A DNA stretch of 64,000 bases from TPA_inf: Saccharomyces (Eukaryota), in contig BK006946.2 of the NCBI GenBank assembly GCA_000146045.2, forward strand, positions 480,001 through 544,000. The letters run 5' to 3'. The number at the start of each line of letters is the position of its first letter. The stretch's first letter is position 1. Shown piece by piece: positions 32,982-43,695 of the stretch. The notes below the pieces were generated by a model. It ran no database searches, was not told where the DNA came from, and was given only the letters and a program-made list of their open reading frames with translations. Both the position numbers and the translations under genes were made by a program.

Positions 32982-33260
32982 ATGGCCAGTCAGACTATCT
33001 CTTCTCCTCACTAGTGCCTAATCTCTGGTGTCGCCACTCCTGCTGCTGCTAATTATAAGGGCAAAGTCAGACCATCACTTACATTGAGGTGAATATTAAA
33101 ACCAGTGAAGGTTCTGTTTTTCTCGGGAGTATTTCCGGCAGTAACACCGTTACTTATACCAAAGAGAATTTTTCTGTTGGTATGATTACTGACCCTGTCT
33201 GCTCGAAGCACGGTATCATCATTTACCGTTGTTTCTTTCGTCCTAGATATCGGTGTCTCA
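32982..33260 (+). pseudogene. Degenerate duplicate of YMR122W-A (start codon, N-terminal block and C-terminal block recognisable; frame destroyed)
   Basis: 32978-33000 aaaATGGCCAGTCAGACTATCTCTTCTCCTCAC TAG matches aaaATGGCCAGCAGTACTTCCACTTCC at 31312. 33187-33256 GACCCTGTCTGCTCGAAGCACGGTATCATCAT...GTTTCTTTCGTCCTAGATATCGGT matches 31489-31562 AACCCTGTTTCCTCGAAGTACGGTATCATCATGGCCGCATTTGCTGCTGTTTCTTTCGTCCTAGGCACCGGT, with an internal deletion. Confidence 0.55.
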
Positions 33261-33592
33261 GAAACTCCAATTGAAGATGTACAGGTGATTAATTACGTCT
33301 TTTTATCAATCTATTTACCTATATATTTCAATTTTGATTTTTATTTGGCGAGTGACATGTGAAAACTTTGCCTATGAACCTGAATAGCGCATTCATATTT
33401 TAAGAACATGGTAGGGTATAGCAGATGTTCTTTAATTTTCTTTGACTGCGTTTACCCGGCGTTTTTTGCTTGACTGAAAATCAAATGAAGAAAAATAGAG
33501 ATGGTCTTTTCTTTTTGTCATATCCAAGAACACGTCCATCTAATTGATTAGTGCCAAAAATCGCAGGGATATAACTTCGAAAATTTCTCAAA

Positions 33593-33961
33593 ATGGCCAA
33601 TTTTTTTGTTAGACTGTGGGAAAGTGTATTTGAACCAGGGACCTCCCCCCAGCTGATCATCGCCACACACGTATCTTTTGTTGCACTACTACTGACCCTC
33701 ATCTGGCTCATCTATGCCACAAACGGGAATATCCACTTCTATGCTCTTTTCTGTATATCACTTTTACTATGGATTACCGTTATCTGGTTTATAAACGAAT
33801 TATCACACGTCAAATTGAAGGATAATGATGAGCTGGATAAAGATGCCAATAAAAAGGACGACAGTGCCATCAAGGAAGACAGCGAAGACAAGCAAGAAAG
33901 CGGGAAATCCACTAGTACTGCCAGACGGACTCAAGCACAATCTAGGTCAAGAAAAGCATAG
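33593..33961 (+). CDS. PKR1: V-ATPase assembly factor, small ER membrane protein, 122 aa
   Basis: Two transmembrane segments (HVSFVALLLTLIWLIYA and FYALFCISLLLWITVIWFI) plus a charged tail. Length and position match YMR123W. Confidence 0.8.
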   Translation: MANFFVRLWESVFEPGTSPQLIIATHVSFVALLLTLIWLIYATNGNIHFYALFCISLLLWITVIWFINELSHVKLKDNDELDKDANKKDDSAIKEDSEDKQESGKSTSTARRTQAQSRSRKA

Positions 33962-34455
33962 ACAGATACATAATTGACTACATAATTATCTCTGTTATTA
34001 GTATATCACAGAGCTTCCGGGTAAATGTCCGCAATTGTAAATTTTTTTGTCCGCTTCAGGGTCTCCCCTGATATTTTTTTTTTTTCAAAAATTCCTTTTT
34101 TTTAAATCAAATTTTGGGCTCAATTATGGACAAATGAAGCACATGCAAAGAGTTAACGCGTGCGACTGAATAGAACAACTCTTTCAGCATCGCAAACCCT
34201 TCAAATTGTGAATAAATAGGCATTTCAAGTAACTGTGTCAGCAGCACATTGCATAGGAATTCTGATTTTTTGTTTTAGTGACTGCCCTCCTAATTTTTTT
34301 TTTTTTAGTTTACGGCTATAGCTAAATTTGGAGCTTTCTTTCATTAATTTTCACCGAGCTATTAATAACCCTACAAAAAGAGCAGAGAGGTACAGCCTGA
34401 TCCGATAAAGCAGTGGGATAAAAAGTACTCAAAGACTATTTATAAAAAGTTCAAA

Positions 34456-37287
34456 ATGGATGCAGGTTTATCGACCATGGCAACAAGAAACGGTCAGTCT
34501 TCTGCTAGAGTTAAATTGAGAAATAACCTCTTGAATAATGATATAGGAAATATTGACATTAGGGATGAAACACCTATTTCAAGGAACGGGAATGACAGCA
34601 ATATTAACATCCAGCCTTCTTCCGTGCCGCAGCAGCAGCAGCAGCAGCAGCAATACTACCGTAATGGCATGAATGAGGCTCCAATACAAGCGCCACTTCA
34701 ACAACGTCAAATTCCCATGCAGAATTATTCACAACAGCAACGCCAGCAACAACAGTATAATTTTGAGTATTCCAATCCACATATGAATGAGATTCCCCTC
34801 ATGCAGCATAACTTCACCAAACCATCACTAAGCAATAATCGCGATAATGTTAATGGTAAGAAAGCTTCCTCATTTACCCAGAGCTCATTTTCCAATTTTT
34901 TCAAACATAAGCATCAATTTGGGAAGTCAAAGAAAAACACTAAGGGGACAGGAGGTGGTGGAGATGGTGATGATGACGATGAGGTTATCTTGGATGATTC
35001 TGCAAACTCCGACCTAACATTCAATGACATTCAGACCTTCGGTCACAAGGGCGGTGACAAATATGGATATGGTGGTGATTCCACTCCTATCATTCCAACA
35101 TTGGTGACTAAAGACCGCGGCAATATGAGTAATACTGAGTATAGGAAGTACATTACTAATCAAAGGAAAACCGCAATGAATGCCATGGCTAAACAAACTA
35201 AAAATGGTACATTAGCCTCGTTGCCTCCGAGAGCAATGTCTTTGCAAAGTTTCCCGAATGGTAATCCTTTAATGCAAGCACCCACTCCTCATCCTAGATT
35301 TCAACCGAATAAAATGGTGAGCGCTAATTATTCGAGATCAAATTCGTTGATGAGTGGACCTCCCGGACAATTTCGACAGCCGCAGCAACAAAGAATGCTA
35401 CCGATGAACAACTACAACAATCACCCAGGTCAATTCCAGAATACCCCACCAGTAATGCCCTCTGGACAACAGCCACCTCAGCAACCACGTACTCTGTCAT
35501 TAACTAATGGCCCAAGATATTCACCCCAAAATCCTCGGCCATTCGCAGGTCATCAGCAGATATCACAAAGACAACAACAACAACAACAACAACTTCAACT
35601 TCATCCAATGTCTGAAGGCTATCGGACAATGTCTCTACAAAGTCAGAACGTTCCCCAAGGGTTTAATCCATGGTCACCAAATGACAACGATCGTAAAGCT
35701 GTGTCCATGAAACAGCCAATCAGTCAATCGTCAATTTCCTCAAAGAATAATTCAGCTTATTCAATACCGAACGTACAAAACAACTCCCTGACTACATTCT
35801 CTCCGTCATCTCCTACTGATGCTACAGCAATGCCTAACTCTACAAAACAAGGATCTTCACCACTAAAAAAACAAGTGAACATTGATCAACCTATTGAAAA
35901 CAAGGGAAAACTGAATGTTTTGCAATTATCCACTCCTCAACAAAACGAGTTAAAGGAAAAAGAAAGGAAGCTAGCTGAAATGGAAAAATCTTTACGTGAG
36001 AGAGAAGCACTAGTAGAAGAAAAAGAAAAGGAAAGAGCTGAGAAAAATACTGAAGCAAATGAAGAGGAGGAAATTTCACATGAATCAGACGATTTAAATT
36101 TAAGACCTGCGAGTGCGCTAGAGACTGGTTTAAAAGATCTTAAATTGGAAAGTGAAAGTGCAGTCGCCAATAGAGCGTCCTTGTCGACTTTCTCATCCAC
36201 ATTTAGTGATTCTCCCTCCAAGCAAAGAATCATCAATACCAGAACAGGTATGTATAAGCTAGAAAACTCTACTGATATCAATGAATACGTGACCGCACAA
36301 GAATTCCCCTCTCCCGGAAAGTATAACTCAAATTCGGATAATGGCGAAATGAATACAACGAACGAGGTCGATTTTGATTTCAATACTAGTAAAAGGGCTT
36401 CTTTGTTACAATCCATACCGGAAAGAGATCCCAAAAGAAATGTCTCAGATGCTACCATTAAGCGACGTGAATCCGATGGCAATGGCAGGAGACTAAGTAA
36501 TGTCAACATATCCATGAACCAGGAAAACATCAACAATGATACTTTTCTATATAAAAAAAATAATCGCGATGGTCATTTATCAGCAGTTTCTCATATGTCC
36601 AGCTCTTCCCGTAGATCGTTCATCTCCAATACGCTGCCGTTGAATATTGATTCCGCCTCAGAATCTGATAATTTTGTACCGCATATGGATGGTTCACCCT
36701 CCAAAACAAAATCAGCCCCAGTTAGCTACGATAAGGATGGCATGAATGCTTCAGAAGAAGACTTCAGTTTTGATAATACTTTAGCCAAACCGTATGAACC
36801 GTTATATGCTAGGAGAGGAGACATAACTTCCGCCGGATCAACTAGTGGAGAAGATAGCTCTCAGCCAAAGATGATAACAATATCTGGTGAGCAATTGAAT
36901 TTGATAACAGAAAACAAAGAATTAATGAATGAGTTGACACTGGTGTCTACAGAATTAGCAGAATCGATAAAAAGGGAAACTGAATTAGAAGAAAGAATAC
37001 GGCTGTATGAAACCAATAATTCAGCACCATCTTTTGACGATTCTTCGAGTGTGTCTTTTTCTGACTTTGAAAAGGAACTGAGAAAAAAATCCAGTAAAAT
37101 TGTGCAATTGATCCAGCAATTAAATGACGAGAGATTAAAGAGATTCATTGCGGAGGAGCAGTTATTACTCCAAGAAAATGGCACCAAACCAAGTTCTATG
37201 GAACTAGTAGGAAGAATTGAAAACTTGAATAAACTTATTGATGAGAGAGATTCAGAAATTGAAATGCTTAAAGGACGTTTACAGTAG
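34456..37287 (+). CDS. EPO1: Cortical ER / polarity protein, 943 aa, low-complexity Q/N/S-rich with C-terminal coiled coil
   Basis: Poly-Q from (CAG)7CAA at 34630-34653, and a second Q-run (CAA)n at 35569-35597. C-terminal coiled coil ELKEKERKLAEMEKSLREREALVEEKEKERAEK. Matches YMR124W. Confidence 0.8.
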   Translation: MDAGLSTMATRNGQSSARVKLRNNLLNNDIGNIDIRDETPISRNGNDSNINIQPSSVPQQQQQQQQYYRNGMNEAPIQAPLQQRQIPMQNYSQQQRQQQQYNFEYSNPHMNEIPLMQHNFTKPSLSNNRDNVNGKKASSFTQSSFSNFFKHKHQFGKSKKNTKGTGGGGDGDDDDEVILDDSANSDLTFNDIQTFGHKGGDKYGYGGDSTPIIPTLVTKDRGNMSNTEYRKYITNQRKTAMNAMAKQTKNGTLASLPPRAMSLQSFPNGNPLMQAPTPHPRFQPNKMVSANYSRSNSLMSGPPGQFRQPQQQRMLPMNNYNNHPGQFQNTPPVMPSGQQPPQQPRTLSLTNGPRYSPQNPRPFAGHQQISQRQQQQQQQLQLHPMSEGYRTMSLQSQNVPQGFNPWSPNDNDRKAVSMKQPISQSSISSKNNSAYSIPNVQNNSLTTFSPSSPTDATAMPNSTKQGSSPLKKQVNIDQPIENKGKLNVLQLSTPQQNELKEKERKLAEMEKSLREREALVEEKEKERAEKNTEANEEEEISHESDDLNLRPASALETGLKDLKLESESAVANRASLSTFSSTFSDSPSKQRIINTRTGMYKLENSTDINEYVTAQEFPSPGKYNSNSDNGEMNTTNEVDFDFNTSKRASLLQSIPERDPKRNVSDATIKRRESDGNGRRLSNVNISMNQENINNDTFLYKKNNRDGHLSAVSHMSSSSRRSFISNTLPLNIDSASESDNFVPHMDGSPSKTKSAPVSYDKDGMNASEEDFSFDNTLAKPYEPLYARRGDITSAGSTSGEDSSQPKMITISGEQLNLITENKELMNELTLVSTELAESIKRETELEERIRLYETNNSAPSFDDSSSVSFSDFEKELRKKSSKIVQLIQQLNDERLKRFIAEEQLLLQENGTKPSSMELVGRIENLNKLIDERDSEIEMLKGRLQ

Positions 37288-37539
37288 ATGAATGATGTAT
37301 TTTATTGTATATATCGCTTAGTGCACCAAAATCATACTACGTAAGTATAAAATCACTTTACACGTAGAAGATGCTTTTTCAGATTGTTCTTGAAAAAGTT
37401 GAAAAAAATATAATTCACACTCAGCAACAGGTGAAAGTGTATAATGGGTAAAAAAGGAAGGACAGAAGGTATATTGCTAATCAAAACGACTTTGGTATAC
37501 GCGTTTGGGGCTACAATTGCATTTTAAATATATTTAAGA

Positions 37540-40446
37540 TGTTTAATAGAAAAAGAAGAGGAGGTATGTTTTAAAACCAATGTTTTCCAGAAGTTTCGTT
37601 CTAGAGTGTGTATATCAAGACCAATTAGGATGGTATTTCCATTTTTTGTCAGTTAGTACGGTGTGACAGAAAAGTGTACTTTTGTGGCACAGAGAAGTGG
37701 AGAAACGGTACACGTAGAATACATAACGGCAAGTAACCTCTCTTATTTTACTCTCCATCTTTACTTTGTTTTACATTCCTAGGATTATTAGGTTAGCTTG
37801 GTTTTACAAAAACTCAATTATTCAGTTTCATTCAAATTACTAACATACCCAACTTTGACTACCTTGCATATGATTTTACCGTTAGACTTCGATGAAGATG
37901 AAAATTACCGTGATTTTAGGCCTCGCATGCCTAAAAGACAGAGAATCCCACCTGTTGTACAACTGTGTAAAGAAATGATGCCCGATATTCGCACTATTGG
38001 TGAATCTGTTAAAGCTTTTGAAGATGATATCAAATTCTTGAGTGAAGCTATAATGAATGAGTATGGCCATGAGGACTACTTTAATAATGCTTTACTGAGC
38101 ACTTTAAACGCTGTTGTTGTGGAGCAACCACAGAAGCAAGCTGCTATCGCTCTCTTAACCATGGTTGTTAATTCGAAAAATAATGTTGCCGGAAAGAGTA
38201 TTATCAATTACTTCTTCGAAGAATTACAAAAATGGTGCAAGCAAACATATAATGATGAATTCAAGAGTACGTCAAATGAAACTGGGCCATGGAACAAGAT
38301 CAAGTTAATCCTGAGATTTTTATCCATTCTATCGCCCATGTTTTTAGTTGATGAACTAATCAATATCTACAAGAGCTTATTTGAATTGAGTATCGAATTA
38401 AACAATCTGGATCCAGGTAACAGAGTTCCTTTATCTGAAGCAATTTACACCAATACATTATTAAATATCCCGTATTTGTTCTTTTTTAATAGGAATAATG
38501 ACGGTTTGAGGACAAAAGTGGAGGAGTTACTTGCATACGTTGAACAAAACTATCTAGTTAAAACAACGGATATAAACCTATTAAGAGAATACAATGGTGA
38601 ACCTCCATATGAAATGGTAGAACTTGTCCGAGTCGTATTACCAAACGTCAAGAAGGCGCTAATCAATAACTTGGAACAGCTGAATGAATTATTTCCTGAT
38701 TGGAATCATTTATTAACTCCCCAAACCGGTGATGAAGGGTTCAATGACGCTTTAACCCTTCCATCAGTAGATGATCTAAAGTCTTTCGTGCGCTTGAATA
38801 AAAACTTTGGTTCAGTTGATAGCATGTGGAAGACACCAAGGTATGCTTTTCATGTTTACTTGCCAAACTCCGCTGGTAATTTCGAAACAGTTGTACCAAT
38901 CAGCACTTATGCTGGTCAATTATTCAACGATATCATTATTGATCTGGTGGAAAGTTTAGAATTCAATAGAAAGGAAGTAGCTAGACAAGTGATAACTTTG
39001 GATCTTTTTTTCAAAGCAGGTATATTTACAGAACCTGGTGAATCTATTGCCCAATTAATTGCCACTTATGAAGAGAACCCATTGGCTCCTACATTTAAGA
39101 TAGAAGATTTGGCTATTGAAACCATTTTGGGACTTATTTTTAAATTACCTAGTGTTTCCCAGCCTTTTGCATACTTTTACACTTTATTGGTGGATATTTG
39201 TCAAAATTCTCCAAAAGCAATTGCTCCTGTCTTTGGTAGAGCCTTTAGGTTTTTTTATAGTCATTTGGATTCATTAGATTTTGAACTAAAATTAAGATAT
39301 TTGGACTGGTTTTCAATTCAAATGAGCAACTTTAATTTTTCTTGGAAGTGGAATGAATGGGAAGACGATTCGATCAAATTTGGCAAGTATTTTTATAATC
39401 CAAAGGTAAATTTTGCTAAAAATTTGATTCAAAAAGAACTACGATTGACCTCTAACTTTTCAGAAGTAGAGGACAGCCTACCACAAGAATTCACGAAATA
39501 TTTGGATACTTCTTACATTCCAAGAGATCAACTGATTAACTACTATCAATCATTATTCACCGGTTATACGGTAGAAGAAGATTCCGTTAGAAAAAATGAT
39601 CTATATTTTAGACAAGAAGGTGTACCTATGGAAAACACAGTCCGTAAAATTTTAGATTATACCCACAAAGCAAACAATTCTAGGGAAGTTACTGAATTAG
39701 AAAGTATTCTAGGTGAGTTAAAGAATGAGTATGGTTCCATAATTTCCGACTTTAACAGATTTGTTATCATATTGTTAGTCCAGGCCGTTACAGACTCTGG
39801 TAGTAGATCTTTATCACATGCTAATAAATATATTAATGATTTAAAAGAAGATCTCAAAACCATATTTGCGAAGATTGAATTGGATATCGAGACAAAAGAG
39901 TATATCATAATTGAAGCCGTCCTAACATTTTGGAACGCCAACCCTCAGACAGGTTTCTTAGTAGCAGATGCATTCAAATATGCAGGTTTACTTACTTCCA
40001 GAACCATTTTTACATTTATATTTAACGAAACTGGTTTGAAGAATAATGGTTTGATTGAAGCTACAGCAATTGAAGCGGTCTTTAGAAATTTATCTCAACA
40101 AATCTCGGAAGAGAACGAAAGTGGAAATAATTTTGAGTTCGTTTTCGAAAGATTATGTACCATCGCCAACAGTACTATAGACTTACTAGATGTCAATGCT
40201 GATGAAGATATTGAGATACCTAAAGTCAACGGGGAAATGGACATCGACGATATTGAAGATGATAAACTGGATTTGAAATGGAAATATTTTACAGTGATTG
40301 GGTTTATTAAAAGTATATTAAGAAGGTATTCCCACGAATATCGTGAGTTAGCAGACAAATTCATTGCCAACATTGATAACGCTATTCCACACGAATCCAC
40401 TAGGAGAACAATTTCGAATTGGATTCAAGAAACAAAGGAAGTTTAA
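37540..40446 (+). CDS. STO1: Nuclear cap-binding complex large subunit (CBP80), 861 aa. Exon 1 37540-37564, intron 37565-37885 (321 nt), exon 2 37886-40446.
   Basis: ATGTTTAATAGAAAAAGAAGAGGAG|GTATGT...TACTAAC(37839-37845)...GTTAG|ACTTCGATGAAGAT gives MFNRKRRG-DFDEDENYRDFRPRMPKRQRIPP. MIF4G-like helical repeats follow. The track ORF 37798-40446 begins inside the intron. Confidence 0.85.
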
Positions 40447-40760
40447 AAAGATTCGGAGGATGGACTACATTCGTTATCACTCCGCTTTTTAATTTTTAAT
40501 CAATGTTACATACCTAGCGTAATTTTCCTATATATAAAATATCAGCTTTATATAAATATATTATTGAAACTGTACCTATAATAATAAATTTAAAATTAAG
40601 TAAATACAAATGCTTCAAAATTTGTTAGTATTGTTTTCTTCAATCATCTTTACTTAATTGTCATCGCAATAATTAAATTAATATTTTATTGTTGTTGCGT
40701 ATATAATACAACCTGAATGGTATGCTACACTATGTTACACTATGCTATTGATCAGAGTTT

Positions 40761-41789
40761 CTAATGACGAATTACACTTCTATAACTATCCGCTTTGGAA
40801 AGTTTGAGACGAAGGGCGTTACAATCAGAATCCGTATCCAAAGGATGTTCTTCAGAATTAGTCAGATCTACACCTGATGAAACATGCCTTGCGACAGTAC
40901 TTATGCTACTTTCTCTAACCAAATGTGTAGGCGGTTCGGGAAAGTAATGCATATCATCCTGCGCGTATTCGTTTTCATCAAATGGGTTTATTGAATATTT
41001 TGATTCAGTTCTTCCAATGTTATTTGAACTGCCATTTAATCTAAAATTATGTAAATTTGCAAATGAAGTGTCTCTTGTTAATGACACTTCACCGAAATAG
41101 AGACAAAACTTAACAAACTTTATGAACTGGTCTCTAGTAACGTCCTTCCCTGAAAATCTAATTGTTTCATATAAATCGATAAACTCCTTCGCCTTTTCTA
41201 ACTGAATTTTATTGGCGTTGTGATTAACAAATTGTGAGTTCACCACGTCGGCAAACGTATCTTCTAGATTCATTCTAACATCTAAATTGTTCAGAAACAA
41301 TCCATGGTATTTCAGTCTATCTGTTAAACTTTTTATACAATCAGCATAGTTTAGGTATTCTGGAAATAACTTTTCATCTAATGGGTAGTCACATCTCCTC
41401 GGGGGCTCAAGTCCGTCGTGAATAACAGGGTCTTTAGGTTTTTTGAGAAGAATTGTTAATTCTTTAGATCTTTCCATGTTCTGCAGTACTGCTTCCCTAC
41501 TAGAACGATGCGGGAGATCAGCAGGTGTGATCGGAATATATCTTCTTGGTATATCTTTTAAACAACTCTTATGAAATAGCATTCTTCCAATAATAATAAA
41601 GATACAAAAAACGCCAAAGACAACTAAAGCGCCTACAACAATGAACGTATTAAAGGCATTGTTTTCTGATTTAGAAGCTTGTGCAATGGAATCTATGGGT
41701 AAAACAACTGAAAACCCAATCAAAAGTATCAAAGAAACGAAAAGGGAAGCTTTGTATAACCACGACTTGAGTTTTGCGAATCCGGACAT
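40761..41789 (-). CDS. DLT1: Membrane protein, Defect at Low Temperature 1, 342 aa
   Basis: Two N-terminal transmembrane segments. Length and position match YMR126C. Confidence 0.75.
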   Translation of the reverse strand: MSGFAKLKSWLYKASLFVSLILLIGFSVVLPIDSIAQASKSENNAFNTFIVVGALVVFGVFCIFIIIGRMLFHKSCLKDIPRRYIPITPADLPHRSSREAVLQNMERSKELTILLKKPKDPVIHDGLEPPRRCDYPLDEKLFPEYLNYADCIKSLTDRLKYHGLFLNNLDVRMNLEDTFADVVNSQFVNHNANKIQLEKAKEFIDLYETIRFSGKDVTRDQFIKFVKFCLYFGEVSLTRDTSFANLHNFRLNGSSNNIGRTESKYSINPFDENEYAQDDMHYFPEPPTHLVRESSISTVARHVSSGVDLTNSEEHPLDTDSDCNALRLKLSKADSYRSVIRH

Positions 41790-42328
41790 CTACTGCTAAG
41801 TATGGACACTCGTGTCTATAGATAGTATCAGGCCAAAGTTGTATAGCGGTATCTTTTTTTGAATAAATTTCAATGTGTTTTCCTCTGTTTAACCTCCCAC
41901 TTTCTTTGATGCTCAAGAGCAATAACTTTATCGCAAAATAACAAAACTTTAATATGTGTTGTAATTTTGGCTAAACCCAGTTCAACATCACCACAAAAGA
42001 AGGTTTCCTTTATGCCCTTACCCTTTCTGCCTTCTTATTCTAGAATTTGTTTTGATGCTGTATTTGTTTGGTCCTTGTTCGTCATCGAAAAACCGGCCCA
42101 AAAACGGCTAATAAAAACGTGAACCTGTTTTAAGTCTTTTGCTATAAAAGATATTTATACTCTAAAAAAAGGGAAACTTTTGCAGCAAAACAAATTTTAT
42201 GCATTAGTTCTCTGTTCTTAACTTGGTCAGACAAAATTCGTCCGTTTGTAGTTGTCTGTACAGGAATTCATCGAGCGATATTCTATCCTGAAATACATAT
42301 GCCATTAAGTTACATCCTGAATAGATTC

Positions 42329-43345
42329 CTAGTCATCTATCAGCAAATATTCATCTTTTAATTTGAACCAATTCCGTTTTGTTCCATGTAGTTTCAACCA
42401 GCTATTCAATGACTGCAAGTAAATTTGGTTATTCTCCCCAATACAGTTCAAGTGCTTCAAGGTCAAAATAACATCATTGACTCTCATTCCAGTCACGATG
42501 GAAAGATCCTCCAGGGTCACTTTATCATAATGGGCGAGGTCACCTTCAATAAGGTGCCAACAGAGTATCTGTGACCAATATTTCAAGTACCCGATTAGTC
42601 CAAAAGGTGATAACGGTACTTCTGGCCCTGATATTACACCTTCTAATTGGGATAGTTTGTATGAAAACTCGATAAGTAAAAGGCCTAATCCACGTCGTTG
42701 ATATGGGGGAAATATCAAGATGCACGCTAGATTATTTTGCTGATATGACACTAAATCTTTCGAAAAGAATCCCATCGGCTTTGTTGATCCAGTTTCATAA
42801 ACTATGTAAAATTCATAATGATCTACTTTGAAATACATGGATTTATTGTCCAGATATAGCTTAGTGAAAAGACAAAGACATTGGCAAAAGAGTTGATACT
42901 TGGATCCTTTTACTCTTCTTATTGTATATTCAGGACTCTTGTATTTTATTTTGCCTGGAACACGATATTGAAATGGACAACTTGCAACATGTCCTACAAA
43001 CCGCGTCTGATCATCCGTGTATTTGAAGCAGTATTCACAAACGAAAAGAGTGTCTAGCCAGTATTGGCTGTTAGAAACAGAGGAAAGCTGACCCTTGGTC
43101 TCGGAGCACCCTAGCCTTTTTGTTTCAGGATCGAAATAAACGGCGCTCCCATACCAAGTAGAGAATTTTTTATTCAGTCCAAACTGAATCTGTCTTATGT
43201 TCCTTTCGTTCAGTATTCCATATAGCATCTCTTTTTGAGTTTTTTTAATTTTTGCTGAGGGCTTATTCTTGCCTTTTCCACCATTCTTCTTTCCTTTTAG
43301 CTTCTGGGTAGTCGCTGTGAGTGATTGACTTAAAGATCTTGCCAT
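42329..43345 (-). CDS. SAS2: MYST-family histone acetyltransferase (SAS complex catalytic subunit), 338 aa
   Basis: Begins MARSLSQSLTATTQKLKGKK. It has a C2HC zinc finger (CEYCFKYTDDQTRFVGHVASC) and an acetyl-CoA motif QRRGLGLLLIEFSYKLS. The track adds 7 upstream codons. Confidence 0.9.
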   Translation of the reverse strand: MARSLSQSLTATTQKLKGKKNGGKGKNKPSAKIKKTQKEMLYGILNERNIRQIQFGLNKKFSTWYGSAVYFDPETKRLGCSETKGQLSSVSNSQYWLDTLFVCEYCFKYTDDQTRFVGHVASCPFQYRVPGKIKYKSPEYTIRRVKGSKYQLFCQCLCLFTKLYLDNKSMYFKVDHYEFYIVYETGSTKPMGFFSKDLVSYQQNNLACILIFPPYQRRGLGLLLIEFSYKLSQLEGVISGPEVPLSPFGLIGYLKYWSQILCWHLIEGDLAHYDKVTLEDLSIVTGMRVNDVILTLKHLNCIGENNQIYLQSLNSWLKLHGTKRNWFKLKDEYLLIDD

Positions 43346-43695
43346 TTTTTTTGCGAGTGAAAACAAAAAGCAACTAGAAAATAGGAGCCTCCAATATCAA
43401 AAAATCAAACTTCAATTTAACAGATTCTTAGAGCGCTACATACTCTATCCAGTTCGATATGGACAAGACTTAATGATTTCATCATCTCTTCTGATTAACG
43501 ATTCTGTTATTCTTCATATTTACGCGCCTAACATATCATGATGATTGGGTGTTCCGAAAATTTTCATTGGCGATGAGCTGAGTATTGAAAGCTCATTATA
43601 GTATTAGTATATTATTGTTAATAGCAAGTGCTATATGCTATAAAAATGCAATTACAACCCAATACTAATAATAGAGTGTCTTAAGAAATATAAGT

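Noticed and set aside
37798-37885. Track ORF start MVLQKLNYSV... for STO1
   Set aside because: This stretch is intron sequence. The true exon 1 (ATG at 37540) is joined by a canonical GTATGT/TACTAAC/AG intron.
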